From positions 434,001 to 498,000 of the forward strand of contig JAPETS010000014.1 of NCBI GenBank assembly GCA_026023565.1: a stretch of 64,000 nt of DNA. The letters are read 5' to 3'. A program made the position numbers and the translations under genes. Below the pieces are notes generated by a model. The model saw only the letters and a program-made list of their open reading frames with translations. It was not told the DNA's origin and ran no database searches. This DNA is from Cirrosporium novae-zelandiae (Eukaryota). Shown piece after piece: positions 13,652 through 26,673 of the stretch. Position 1 is the stretch's first letter. The number at the start of each line of letters is the position of its first letter.

Positions 13652-15839
13652 TTTGATGTGTCGCACAGTAAACAGAGAGTCGATCGATATGAAATTCCGG
13701 CTGTTATATGCACAGATCTGAGGATAAAAAGGTGAATTGTCAGTTTATCACGACAGTATTTTAAAAACTAATCGAGAGATTCGAGAGAATGTCATTGACA
13801 CAACTGGTAGCTTGGAGGAGTGAATTGTACAGGGCTTCACGAGTGAGTAGCTGTGTCTCGAAATGAGTGACAGAAAGGAATGATAGTGGAGGGTAGAGAT
13901 ATAAATGAAGGTGAAGGTTGTTCGGAGGATTAAAGGAAGGGGAAGAGATGAAGAGAAGAGTGGGTAAATGAAGAGGATAAGTTGAGACGAAAATGGCTGG
14001 TAGTGTCTAGGAAGACTTCCTGGGCATGATGCCGGCGAGGGACACTGATGGCGGGTGTCTTGCAGGTACACGATCAAATCAATCAAAATGATGGAGAAAA
14101 CAATTTCATGTTTATGCTTCTTTGGTTGGGTTCCCCAGATTCCAGGGTCCTTCCAAGCTCAGCTGTCACTGGCTTTATTGGTTCCATGGCTCCATTTGTT
14201 TGGTTCAAATATCTGCGAAACAATTCATCAGAACCCAGCGCTAAGCTTTAGTTGCTGATCCGACTGTCCGACTGGATTTCTCTTTATCTTCAGCTCAAGT
14301 GCCAATTGGCAAAAAGTGAAAATATATTATTATCCCATCTCATCTCAGATCAAAGCAATTGTTTCTTGGTAGGCTGACAGATCCCACTTTGGTCATTGCT
14401 GCAGTAAACAATGGATATGCAAAAGAATGAACTAATCATGCAAGGGGCAAAGAGATAATCTGATCATCATCGAATTATCGTCACGTGGAAGCCTCTTGCG
14501 CCGAAATATATTTCCTTTTTATGACGTACCTGAAGAATCACTGGAGTAAATATTGACAATTAGCCATCTGTTTATCTTATACGCCTGCCGGGAACATTTG
14601 CTGCATATCCAAAACAAATAGAAAATACAAATAGAAAATTCCCCTGCATGTACGTACCTTAACGGTGCATCCGATTCGCTATGAGTTGAGTTTGATACGG
14701 GTAGGATGTGAAGAATCGTCAGGCAGTGGACGCTGTATGAGCCACGACTGAGCTGTCGGTCGGTGACGATGCTGAGACTTTGAGTACATGCATGAAGCTG
14801 AAGTTGGGTGGTTGAAATACCAGCAAGATGTCACAATTAGCAATTTCAGAAAATTGGTTGGCTCCTCAACACCACATGCAGAACTGAGCTGCACCACCTG
14901 TGGTCGGTTCCGACTTTCTAAAATCCGTGTGTATTCTTCAAGAAGGGACTGTCTCGGAAAACTCCCAACCTCCCAGTATCATACCATCATGCTGCAGCCA
15001 AACTGAACAACGAATTTGGCAAAAATGCACCTGATCATGTATACCATGTGTATTGTTCAGAGCATTGCTTCAGCGCTTTGGGCTGACATTGAGCCTCATG
15101 TCCCGCTTGTGGCATCTTCATAATGTCTATCAATAGCCAAAATTATCTGCTTACCCAAGAAACGCCAGCCTCCTCCAATGTGTATGACGATCAGGGAACC
15201 TCACATGGCATCCCGCTTATAGAGTCACCAGAAAGGATTCGGCACAGTTTTTTTCGAATATGAAGAGCCCTGGATTTGAGGTTGGGCAATGAATGTTTTT
15301 GAAGTCCATTCCATTGAATCAACTCCTATTCAGCTACCTATGGACGCGTAATCCTTCACATTACAGAGCGAATGGTGGCATTAAGCATACTACTATATCA
15401 TTTCCTCGAAGCTTTGTTAGACCCAACCTCTTCATGGCTTCCACATGGTAATGTTTAACTATCCTATCTCTTAATTATCAGTCACTTTCTTTTATTAAAG
15501 AGCCATGTGTAGAACACAAGGTCAATATCCTCCGCCTATCCACTTGTAAAGTACCTACCGCACACTTGTCATTCCTGCTTCTAGATCTCCTATAAATTGC
15601 TCCCCTTTTCTTCGGTTTCTTTTCAAAAGACTGCCAGGGTTTATAAAAGATAGAAGGTATTCCCAACAAGCATTAGAACCCCCTACTACAAAAATTAAAA
15701 ATGCCTGTACATGTATGTATGTACTCCCAAAAACCAAGGAGACGTTGAAAAAATAAAAAATTTATTATTTGCCTAACATATCTGTATCCAGATAACTGAA
15801 CTGAGTTGGTATCATTGGTATATTCACTTGTTTGTTCCA

Positions 15840-17103
15840 TCATCGCTGGCGTATGATTTCTTTAGGGGGTCAGGCAAAACGTTAGCGTGTTGTCAATAGT
15901 ATTGTAAAATTTGTGTTCATTTTTAATGATGCCTGATTGGTATGTATCTTTGCAGTATGGATGGATGGGTGGGTATAAAGAGAAGGAACAGGACTCCACT
16001 TACCAGTCAAGAATTCCTCAAAACTCAACGTGACATATCCATCTCTATCCTCATCGAACCTCTTAAACACGTCCGTCATCCGCTTGAGACTAATGCACGC
16101 CTGCACAAACAGATCGAACCCTAACCTTCCCTCCATTTTCTTATCGAATGTCCTGAAGAGCAGTTCCACAAACTGTGGACTCACTCTGTACCCAAAAGCT
16201 TGAAGTGCCGAGGAGAACTCGTGGAGCGAGATGCTGAGGCTGCCATCGGCGTCGAAACGGGTGAAAAGGGTGTGCCAATTGGAGAGGAAAGAGAGGAGAG
16301 CGCTAAACTCGGGGAGCGTAAGGGTTTGGTGGTATGAATTGGGATCGTCATGAGAAAACATGCGCATCATCATGTGCACCGTACTTGGGTCAAATGACGT
16401 ATAATCCGAGTTACGTAAGGCAGAGCTGAGCTCAGGTTCTGTGAGGTAGCCATTGCCAGACAGATTTGCAGTTCTGAACAGAACATCTGGGGGTGTCGTT
16501 GTGGGATCTGTGAGGGGAGGGGGTCCAGTGTTTGAAGGTGGTAGCGAGGATGACGGAGGAAGGTTGTTATATGTAGGGCGAGGGCCGTAGCCATAGTTCT
16601 GAGGTGGTGGTGGAGAGGTCAACCGAGGTGAGTAATGTCCATTGCTGCCACAGCCTACACGTCCCCCTCTAGGGTCATGAGCAGCAGCACCAGCGGAAGC
16701 ACCATAATATGATTGTTGGTTTTGAGGAATTGGTGGTTGGGGTCTATTTTGCCAGGTGGGAGAAGATCGAGGAGGTCGGTACGGAGCATTGCTTGGTGCT
16801 GGAGAAAGGCGAGGAGGACCAGAAGCACCAGAGGAGGATTGCGAATGAGGTCGTTGATGCCCGCTCAGGATGGCAGCTGCCTATATGTAAGTTATCAGCG
16901 TTGTTGATTATAGATTCGAGGGCGGCTATAACTGATTGTATACACGCCTATTTTGAAATCGATGGGTTCTGAATATGTACCTCTTCTGGTTCAGCATGCC
17001 TAGAGAATGGCAATCAGTTTTCTTGTTACGCATCCTTAATTTGGGCTGGTAGAGGTACTTACGCTGGAAGCGCATCGGGGTTGTAACCGCGACTGTAGGC
17101 CAT
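15840..17103 (-). CDS. PEF1: Penta-EF-hand Ca2+-binding protein (peflin/Pef1), 4 exons
   Basis: N-terminus MAYSRGYNPDALPAHAEPEE (including a 19-nt exon), Pro-rich linker, EF hands DADGSLSISLHEF and DEDRDGYVTLSFEEF; last exon EIIRQR*. Confidence 0.88.
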
Positions 17104-17840
17104 TTTGTCCACCGTCAAGGGCCTATCAAACGGTTGATTGAGCTGTCGTGTTCTAAGGTTGTTATCTTGCGACCTTGCAAAACGGCTTATTTCCCGAGCC
17201 TATGGTGTTTCTCGTTGAAAGCTTGAAGCGTCGAAATTGTTCCTTGATGGAATTTGTGACGATAATTTACGTATGCAGATCAGCCGACGCGGGTCAAGGT
17301 CAGGAGGTAACCAATGGATTGATGTTAATCCAAGTCACGATAATAACTTGTAGAAGTATGATATGAAAATTCAAGTGATTCGAAATTTAAAAGCAATAAA
17401 GAATTTAGGCAAATCAATTAATGGTCTTGGTGTTGGGCTGCAAAGACCAAAGAGGAGTGAGTTCGTCAGCCTTTCTGAAATTCCGTGTCTGCGCCTTGAT
17501 CCAAAGCCCCAAGCCAAAGCCCCAACCAAAGCCCAAAGCTCCTAAGCTCCTAAGCCCCTCTTCCCTCTACCCTGAATTGATTCGGTGGTGATTGGCAAAG
17601 CAAAACTAACAAACACAAACTTCCCTCAGCCAAGGTTGTTGAGCTCGGACACTTCCGCTCGCTATTTCCACTTCCGCTACAAATTCCTCCCTTCACCAAG
17701 GCCCACCATGGCTTTACCCTGGTCTTTGGCCCAGGGATATAGATATGCTTAAAAAAAACTTCTCATGTCTTTTCGCTGTGACGCAAATCCAAAAAAAACT
17801 AGCTTCATTGTCCCCATCATCAGTTTGCATTTTAAATATC

Positions 17841-18842
17841 ATGAATCAAACTACCGATGAACAAGACTTCTGGCTCTTTGGTTATGGGTAAATTGCCTTG
17901 CTGTACAGTACCTCTGTTGTTTGACTTGTGGATTCTTATCTATGGTTTTAGAAGTTTGATCTGGAAGCCACCTCCTCATTACGGTGAGCTCTAAAGCCCT
18001 ATATCGCCTAAGCCCTTGGCTGATTCGTGAGGAGACCAACGTATCCCTGGTTATATCGAAGGGTACGTCCGACGTTTCTGGCAGGTATGTACTTTCGGAA
18101 GTACAGCAGTATTTAGCATGAATAGATTTACTCAGATAATAGCTAAGTTTCATCATCCAGGCCAGGTAAATTTGCATCGCCCTTAACAACCCCCTTAGCA
18201 ATAAGTCCAAAAGCTTATGCAGTTTGTAGTGAAGATCATAGGGGTACTCCTGAAGCCCCTGGACGAGTCGTGACGCTCATTGAACGCTCATTTTGGGATA
18301 CATTGGGAGATAAAGTATGATGCTGTACAATGATGCCTTGACCCTGGTTCTTACCGTTACTTCAGTATCATGCAGCAGACAAGCAAGTGTGGGGCACTGC
18401 CTATCATATCATCCCCGCAAAGGTCAAGGAAGTACGAGAATATCTTGATATTCGCGAAATCAATGGGTACAGTATTCAGTACACTAAATTTTACCCAGCC
18501 GAGAATGGCAAGGTCCCAATCCATTGTCTTGTCTACATAGGGCTTCCCAGCAATCCACAGTTTGTGGGTGTCCAAGAACCTCAAGCCCTAGCCGAATGGA
18601 TCTATCAAAGTATTGGACCTAGTGGCCCTAACAAGGATTATCTTTTGATGCTTGAAGAAAGTCTAGTACATCTCAGCAGAGAGAGTGGGGATGGACATAT
18701 CAGTGATCTTGCGACACGGGTGAAAAGGCTAGAAACAGAAAGGGGCGTCGATGATGGAGCTATCCAGCCTCATGTGATTGGGAGTGAGCTTCGGAAGGTG
18801 GGGAGCACGGAGGAACAGGAGGAGATTGAGAAGGATTTATGA
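17841..18842 (+). CDS. ChaC-like glutathione-specific gamma-glutamylcyclotransferase, ~6 exons
   Basis: Spliced reading gives [51 protein letters not shown], then YLDIREINGY and GPSGPNKDYL. Confidence 0.9.
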
Positions 18843-19182
18843 TTTTGAGATTTACGGATGGATGAACAAGAATTTTTTATTTAAAGCGCCGGCGGATAGA
18901 CGATCTTAAGCACTTTCCCAGGTATGCAAGGCAAGCTAAGAAACTCCTCACTTCATCTACCCGCAACCTCGCTGACACAACCAATTCGCAGGTATCACTA
19001 TCACTAGGGTGCAGATATTAATTCCTAAGGCCTTGCGTTGCAATTTGAAGCGACCTCTTTCGCATCAAACAAAAGAAAATTTCATCATCATGACCACTAA
19101 TCCAAGATTGTCGTACCGAGTTCAAATGCAGAGCAAGCTTAGTGGATGACGCGGATCATCCGACATGTCAGTCTCTCAAACT

Positions 19183-19899
19183 CTACCATCCAGAGGGAGC
19201 AGGGCCGCCACCGCTGCCCGAATCGCCCCAGCCGCCTTGACCACCAGAATGGTATGATTGCTGGCCACCGTAGCCTGGAAGAATTTTTCTAGTCAGTAAT
19301 GAAACCACCAGGTTTAATAAGTATGGGTACTCACCTCCGCCGCCACGTCCACCATAGCCACCACCGCCGCCTCCTGTATCGAGAAGTTAGTAAACAGAGG
19401 TTGTTATACACAGTATTAGACCTACTACCGTAGCCGCCTCCGCGACCGCCACCGCCACCACGGCCTCCACCGAAGCCTCCTCCGCCGCCACCGCGCTCGG
19501 AAGCTTTGTCGACACGAATAGTGCGACCATCAAATCTAAGCATATTAGATGATTATCATATTGTGGAAAGGTATGTTGGAGACTTACTCGACGTTGTTCA
19601 TAGCGCCAATAGCTGCATCAGCTTGAGACTCATTAGAGAAGCGGACGAAACCGAAGCCACGACTTCTCCCAGTATCACGATCCTTGACGACGATCTTGAA
19701 GGAACACATGTCAGGTACATCACAATAGGAGCACTAAAATTATCTCACGGCCTCCTCGACCTGCCCGAACTCTTCGAACTTGTTCCGTAGGGTGGAATCG
19801 TCGGTGTGCCATGCTAGGCCGCTGTATTTATGTTAGGAAGACGCAACAGGATAGAATCTATGATTGAGACCAAACTGACCCGATAAAAAGCTTTGCCAT
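19183..19899 (-). CDS. Glycine-rich RNA-binding protein (single RRM plus RGG tail), multi-exon
   Basis: [15 protein letters not shown] (RNP2), [15 protein letters not shown] (RNP1), [11 protein letters not shown], followed by GGRGG repeats. Confidence 0.9.
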
Positions 19900-22275
19900 C
19901 CTTGCGATTGATGATGTTTTTGTCAGACTTTGATTCAGATGATGGTCAGTCTACCTTGTTTTGTCACACACGCACAAAGCGCATTCAAGTCAACGAGTAG
20001 AGGCAATAGATAAGCGGCCAGCAAAGAGGATAGAGAGGAATTTATGAGAAATGATTCTGAACTTGATGTAGAGACGGGGTTTGGGGTTGAATTTTTTGTG
20101 ACCAAGGATGGCCAGGAATGATAATACTAACGCTTGAGGGTAGATGTGTGGTGAATGAATGCGGGAGGTTCAGAAAATCGAAAGAAGATCCTTTCGGGAG
20201 GTTAGAAAGGTCTGGAGGGATTCAGAAACTCTTGTCGGAGAGCGTTTTCTCTCTTCTTGATGGAGCAGAGTTCTTTATGTGAAAGTTGGTGGGGTAAAAA
20301 ACCAGAAAAGACGAGAGATTTGAATCTGAGGGGTAGAGACTAAAATTCTGAGGAAAATACGCGAACAGTGTGAACTTAAGCGTAAGAAATTCCGAAAAAT
20401 CGTTTACTGGCGGCGAGTTGCTGTTTATGAGAGAAAGCTCAATGGCAGCCTAGGGGAGGCCTAAGGGAGCCACTGAGCCTAGGGACCCTAGATACTTAAT
20501 TGGCAGGAATCGCCCGGCAGCTATCAACACGATGAGAACCATTGAGCGCTTATACCACACCTACCTCTCTTAGAAACCTTCCCTTCCTTGCATTTTTTCT
20601 CATTTCCTGCCATTTCCTACCAAACATCGTGCAATATTACCAACTGGGCGTTTTTAGACCCATTGTGCACCTTAATGCAGCGACAGAAGACCTTTGGTTT
20701 AGTGATAACCTCAAAATTTATTCTTTTGAAACGGCATCTTCCATGGCTGATAGCATTTTCTGCATTCTGCAATTTTACAAACATACAACGAGAGCATGCA
20801 TACAGTACAGGAAAGAGACGCGGAATTCGGGACCCGTTTGTATGCAATGCACCCAAGCTAAAAGAGCCCCAAGAAGAACCCAGCTTCATAGTTTAATTAT
20901 TTTTATTCTGCAGCATTAATTTTGACATGCATAAGATCGATCGATGTTGTAGATACAGTAAAGCCAAGTTATCCTGAGGCACAAAACCAAAAAAGTTTGT
21001 GGCGATTGAGTTGAAGAAAATATCAGAAAAAAAAGAAGAAAAAAATGGCAAGTTCGATAGGATGAAAAGATGAAAAGATGAAAAGTAAGTTATTACATGG
21101 TTACATACCTGGTATCATAAAAATTTCCATTGCTCCTCGGCTGTTATCTTGTTTTGGGGATTTCTTTTACCCTACACACCTGCTAGCAGAGTAACCGCCT
21201 CTGGTAATGACTAGTCACATGTGGGATAGTATTGTGGACAGATGAGGGGTATCGCCAAGATAAATTCACTGATATGCGAATTATAACTGCGGCGGATAAT
21301 AATGTGTCCCAAGTCTTTCGTCGGGTTGCCTGGGGTTGTAATTCGTGAATACTGTCAAGTACTTGAAGTATCTTGAAGTATCCTGTATTAAAAGTATTTA
21401 AAGGGTCCAAATTCACGCAATGTACAAAGCACCTGACCTGTTGAGTACCGACAGTTGTTATCCTGCAGAATCCGGTTATTCCAGTCCGATGCCGCCGATA
21501 TACTTGGGATGTGCTTTGGGGTGTTTGGGGTGCTTTGGGATGGCACTGATGGCCTTTTGACAGCTCGCTTAGCTGAATTGTACCACTCTGATGTACCTAA
21601 GGCACCTAAGGCACTTTTAGTCAGTCCTTAACCAGTCCTGGCTTCTCAGGCATACCTCAAGTCTAGACCTCCAAGGGTGGCCACAAATCACAACTCCCCC
21701 ATAACCTAGTCACCGTTACCATTTTGACTTCAAGACACCAATGAAACCTGAGGTGAATATCCCATATGGGGCCTACCTTGCCCTAAATAATTCATCCACC
21801 AGCAGCTATCCAAATTAGGTAGCTCACTGCTAACGCTAATAAATTCACTCTGCAGTTGTCATCCAAGAAAATCCAAGGACTATGCATGCGGTTGTCTTCA
21901 CCGACCAAAACCACCAATTCCATTTTATTTCAATATCACCCTCATTTTCCTCATATTTCCCCCCTAGATAGCTTTAAGTACCTTGTAGACCCAGTTTCTC
22001 TCCTTTGTATAGAATGGCCATTTCATGTTTGGCTTATCGTCAGATGATCGACCCGCAACAGCAAGCTTCCCTGTTTTATGGCTTCTCACCCTTTGTTCTT
22101 TCCTTCCAATCTCACCTCTGTTGAGGGATCCACTTTCTCCCCAATTGTCGTAATTATCTAAGAGAATTACACACTCAAACATCTGTCCTTTGGATGTGAC
22201 ATTTACTATTTTTGTCCTGGCTTTGGGATCAAGCATTTTCTCGACTTCCCCTTTTAAAGCTTCACTAACTTTCAA

Positions 22276-24993
22276 ATGCCCCACAGACCAGAGTGTCCTC
22301 GTGAAGCTTTCGTTGAGAGATGGCTTCAAGAGACAGAAGAAAGGCCAAGGGACCATCGTCAGAATAGGATAGAACCCTCTCGGGGATCTCGGTTGTCGCA
22401 TCATGGACACAAAAGAGCACATGAAGATGACGCCATATCTAACAAGCCCACTCATAAATCAAAGTGGCGGAAGAGAGATTGTGATTTAGATTGCAGCTCG
22501 CCGCGATGCGACAGAGGTTGGTCAGTCCCTTTTAAAGGTTCAGCAATAACCAATTAGTTGTTCCTGACACTGTTTCCAGACGACGTTTCCAAAAGATTAG
22601 GGCCAGAGACCTTTCCTTTACCTAAACAGTTGGGGTTGCATGCTCCATTCCATAATATAGTGGATAAAGCTATAAGCAACAGACGTCGTCCAGAATATTG
22701 CTCCAGCTCTACCGAGAGTTCAATCATTCTGCCACTTTCGCCAATACATGAAAAGTGCACGAGAGAACGAGGGAGAAAGTCTCGCCACAAATCTGCTCTT
22801 CGACCATCAGCAGTACCGGAAGATAATAGAGCTGAAGACTGCTCTAGATCTCAAACATCTAGCAATGCTTCATCGACAGAATCTGAAAGACCTGCCCGGA
22901 CATACGAACGGCGGAAGAGACATAAAACCAACATCGATCGATATGAACCAAAGGTGAAAGGACAAGGGAGACAAAAAAGGTCTTCCAAGCGAAAGAAAAG
23001 AAAGTCATCCAAAGCTTTCTTTCATAGCTATGAGGCACCAAATGTGGCGGCTGAGAGGCTGACATTGCATCCGGTGAATGGTCTTGGTATCTTCAAAAGA
23101 GGTCGGGCTTCATCTCCACGAAGACGTGGTCTGCCTGATCTTGCCTTCTCTGAGATGAAATTTCTTGAAAGAAGGGGAGAGCGTCCAGAATTGCCTATAC
23201 AGGATCAAATTAAGAAAAAGAAAACCAGGAAAAGTAAAGGCCACGATGAGGATGAAGAGATTTCTAGGTTCTTCATTGGTACACGATCACCACTTTTGGA
23301 GAAGGATCCTAATGCTGGTGTCGAAACTCACCAAAAAGCCAGATCCAGAGTTTCTAAATTAGTAGAGACTCCTAGTGATATTCGAACGAAAAGCCATCAG
23401 CCACTGTCAATTCCGGGTGATTTGCAGAAAACCGAATCTCGAGCCTTACTTCCCCAGATGGAAGATCCAACTTTAAATAATACTAAACGTGCATCAAATA
23501 TTTCAAGCCTTGGTAAACGGATTCCATCCGATAGGCAGTCAATTTCGAGGCGCTCCGGGAAGTCTACCGCATACTTCATATGGCCAGCATCCGATGCTTG
23601 CTCACGAGCAACACAACCCTTGGATATTACTGTTTGGAGAGCAGATCTTCGACCACCGTCAAGAGCCGACATGGGAGACCATCCTCCTGGAAACAATGAT
23701 CAAATGGATTCAAACTTCTGGCAACCCCAGCCGCAAAAGAAGCAGGACATAATGGAACACTCGCTAGCTGAACCCAGTATCTTCACAGCACGCCAAATAC
23801 CTAAACCTAGACACGGTTATGTGGAGCCTGCCTTTGTACAAAATGAGGGTAGGTATCGGGAGCTGCCGTCATTTAATTTGCACCCAGCCCTAGAAAGTAT
23901 CGAAAAATCACCAGGTATTTTCGGGAGATATAGTCACATCACTCCAATGCAAGAAGACTCACGTATCTCAGCTAAAAATTTCTCGAACACAGGCTGCACC
24001 GTTCAAACTAATCCCGAAAAACAATTACAACCATCAGTATACTCACTGCAAGCTATATCTGAAATACCTCAAATTCGTAGAAATACACACTTTTCTGCTG
24101 GCCACGTGCTCCTCGGGAAGTCGTCAGGTTCTCATGTTCTCCAAAGTCACGGTTCACTGCAGCCGATCGATGGCAAATGGGGTCAACAAAATCCTGTTAC
24201 TGCAACGCGTCCGCCTCTCCAAGCTCGTTTTGACAGAATTCTAACCCCTTACACCCTGCTCGGTTCAAGTATGTCGAAGATTGCTAGTCCATGCAAAGAC
24301 CAACAATCTGTTGAAACTCGTTCAGCAGATTATCCACTTGACTACCTTCAAGGTTTGGACTTCGCACCCTCATCTGCTGGGCGAAATATTTGTGATTTCG
24401 TTGGGAACGACTTCACCTTTAGAGCTTCCAGAGACGATGCTACTGACTGTCTAGCTCAGGCCGACGAGAACCAAAGCTCTACCTCACTAAAAAATGTTCA
24501 GCAAGAACTGTCGGCAGTCTCATATGGTTTAGAGCATGACCATGGCCTGAATGATACGCAGAGCAATCCTCCAAACCTTGTAGGAGCATTTATGGCATAT
24601 AGTCCTTTGGATGCCGGCCCCAAAGAGACACTGTGTGGTTTCAAGAAACAAAGAGGTATCGCTGGCAATGAAACTTCATTGGAAAATGCCTTTTGCCAGT
24701 TCACTGGTACTGACTATGATGAGGATGATCCGTCAGCCTTTGCGGGCCCTGGTGTTATCATACCTGACCCGAGAGATGAAATCAATTGCGTAGAGAATTT
24801 GGCTAGATGCAGGTTCCCTGCCCTTAATGGAGATAATATATATGACTCTGCAGCTTCGTGTGGGGGTTGTTTGTTACCGATTGATTACCCATCAGCTGTT
24901 AGTGGTGACAATACGATGCATCAAGGGCGGACCATTCCGAAGTCTTCAGATATGCCATTCTCGGGCTTCTGGCGCCCTAACCGACTCTACTAA
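22276..24993 (+). CDS. Conserved fungal hypothetical protein, basic and largely disordered, 2 exons
   Basis: 811-codon ORF plus an upstream exon (intron ~22517-22579); blocks YERRKRHKT..DRYE, RLTL..GIFKRGRASSP..GLPDLAFSEMKFL and C-terminal GFWRPNRLY. Confidence 0.7.
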
Positions 24994-25536
24994 CATGGGT
25001 CTCCTTCTTTTCCCAAATTATTAGTAACAATGGCATCAAACGGCAAATGTGGATAGACTGGAGAGAGGGAATAGGGACTCTGTATATAAGTTGCATGTTT
25101 CATGCATTTTGAGCATGTGGTGTTAATTTCGTACATAGAGATAGTGGCATTGAAGCATAGATAAATAAATATAATTTTGCCTGTAGGCACCGAAGAGAAA
25201 ATGTTGTGTCGGGATATTTTCATGTGTAACGATTAATCAACTGTGATGGCGGGGTCAGTTATCGGCTTATCACAGGTATCAAGAGCTTAGATTAGATAAA
25301 CTTCTCGCTTGGTGGGGGGTACTCCAACGCATGATGTGCAACATGCACCCAGTGACTGCCCAGTGACTTGGCTTCATGACCACCAACTAACATTAATCCT
25401 TTCAACACCACTTTCCCTAGGATAATATGGAATTGGACCTTGAATAAATCCCAGCAACTTCTACAGCATCTTCCTGTCCAGCATCTCCTTTCTTTGCCAA
25501 CCTTAACTCCCGAAATCTATCGCCAAAAACCAGAGA

Positions 25537-26673
25537 ATGGTTTCCCTGTCTCGCATACCGCCTTTGCGGAAGCAGCCCGCCAGATCATGTGTTTCCAAAT
25601 ATCGTAGAAACCATGGCAGCTCTAGCACGAGTATGGGTGATTCTCGCTCTTCATCCTTAACTTCGACTTCATCCTCGTTGACGCAATCATCATCCGCTCA
25701 GATAACTTTTATTGTACCTCGTGAGTGAAATGGAATCGCTCGCATGAAACGCTGCTCACTAAGCTGTCTGGCAGAAACTCCTCAAGCATGGTTCTCAAAT
25801 CTGCCTAAGGAATACCTCGACTGGTTCTCCGTCCGAGATTGTAATACGTTTCGTCCGGATTCATCAACTGCTTGTCATGCTTTCGAGTTTAGTGTGGAGG
25901 CGAGGGATGCTAGCAGGAAAGATATCGGCAAGCCCAACCCAACTGGTGCCTTAACAAGGAAATCATTCTTGGATCTTCCGGGAGAGCTTCGAGACCAAAT
26001 CTACAAGAACGTACTCATCCTTGATGAACAAATACGCATTGTTCGTTTCCACAGACAGCGAAAACATCGCCAGGATCTCGCATCCTTACCGGACCTGAAC
26101 GATACCAACAGCAAGGAAGCGGGTAATGAGCGAGATTGGAAGAATCTCCCACCAGGCCATGCCTGTCTCGCCTTGGCATATACCTGCTGGAAAATATACT
26201 CGGAAGCTATATGTTATTACTACAACGAAAATACTTTCTGGATTCCTGACCCTACTGCTCAAGATAAATTCATCTACCGCCTCGGCCCCAAACTCCGACC
26301 TCAAATACATAGCCTTTCATTCCCAACTCATACCGAAACCCTCTCCCGCACCATTACATCTCTAACCTCCTTGGCTAAGATTCGTTTCTACCTCGACTGG
26401 GATGTCTCTGCCGAAGAGTGGATAAGCCGCACTGATCTGGTAGAAGGAAGAGTCCTCGAACCAGGACACATGCTATTTGAACTTTTGCCAAGCCTAAGGG
26501 AAGTAGAGTTCGCGAGAGTAGGGAGCCCAACAGTCGTTCATCGACTTAATTGGATGAGCAGGAAGGTATTTGGAAATGGCAGTGAGGCGGCAGACGAGGA
26601 AGAGGGGATGGAGGATGTGGTTCGGGGAGAGGATGAAGAAGTCGCAAGGAGGTTTAGAGCAATGGTTTTGTGA
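25537..26673 (+). CDS. Hypothetical protein with an F-box-like 'FLDLPGELRDQIY' motif
   Basis: 309-codon ORF with SFLDLPGELRDQIY and CWKIYSEAICYYYNENTF; probable first exon 25537-~25720. Confidence 0.65.

Noticed and set aside
17500..17560. Short CCAAAGCCC/CCTAAGCT repeats between PEF1 and ChaC
   Set aside because: Simple promoter-region repeats with no spacer structure; not CRISPR-like.
21964..22455. 163-aa minus-strand ORF
   Set aside because: Antisense to the first exon and pyrimidine-rich leader of the 22.3 kb gene; no motif; likely a shadow ORF.
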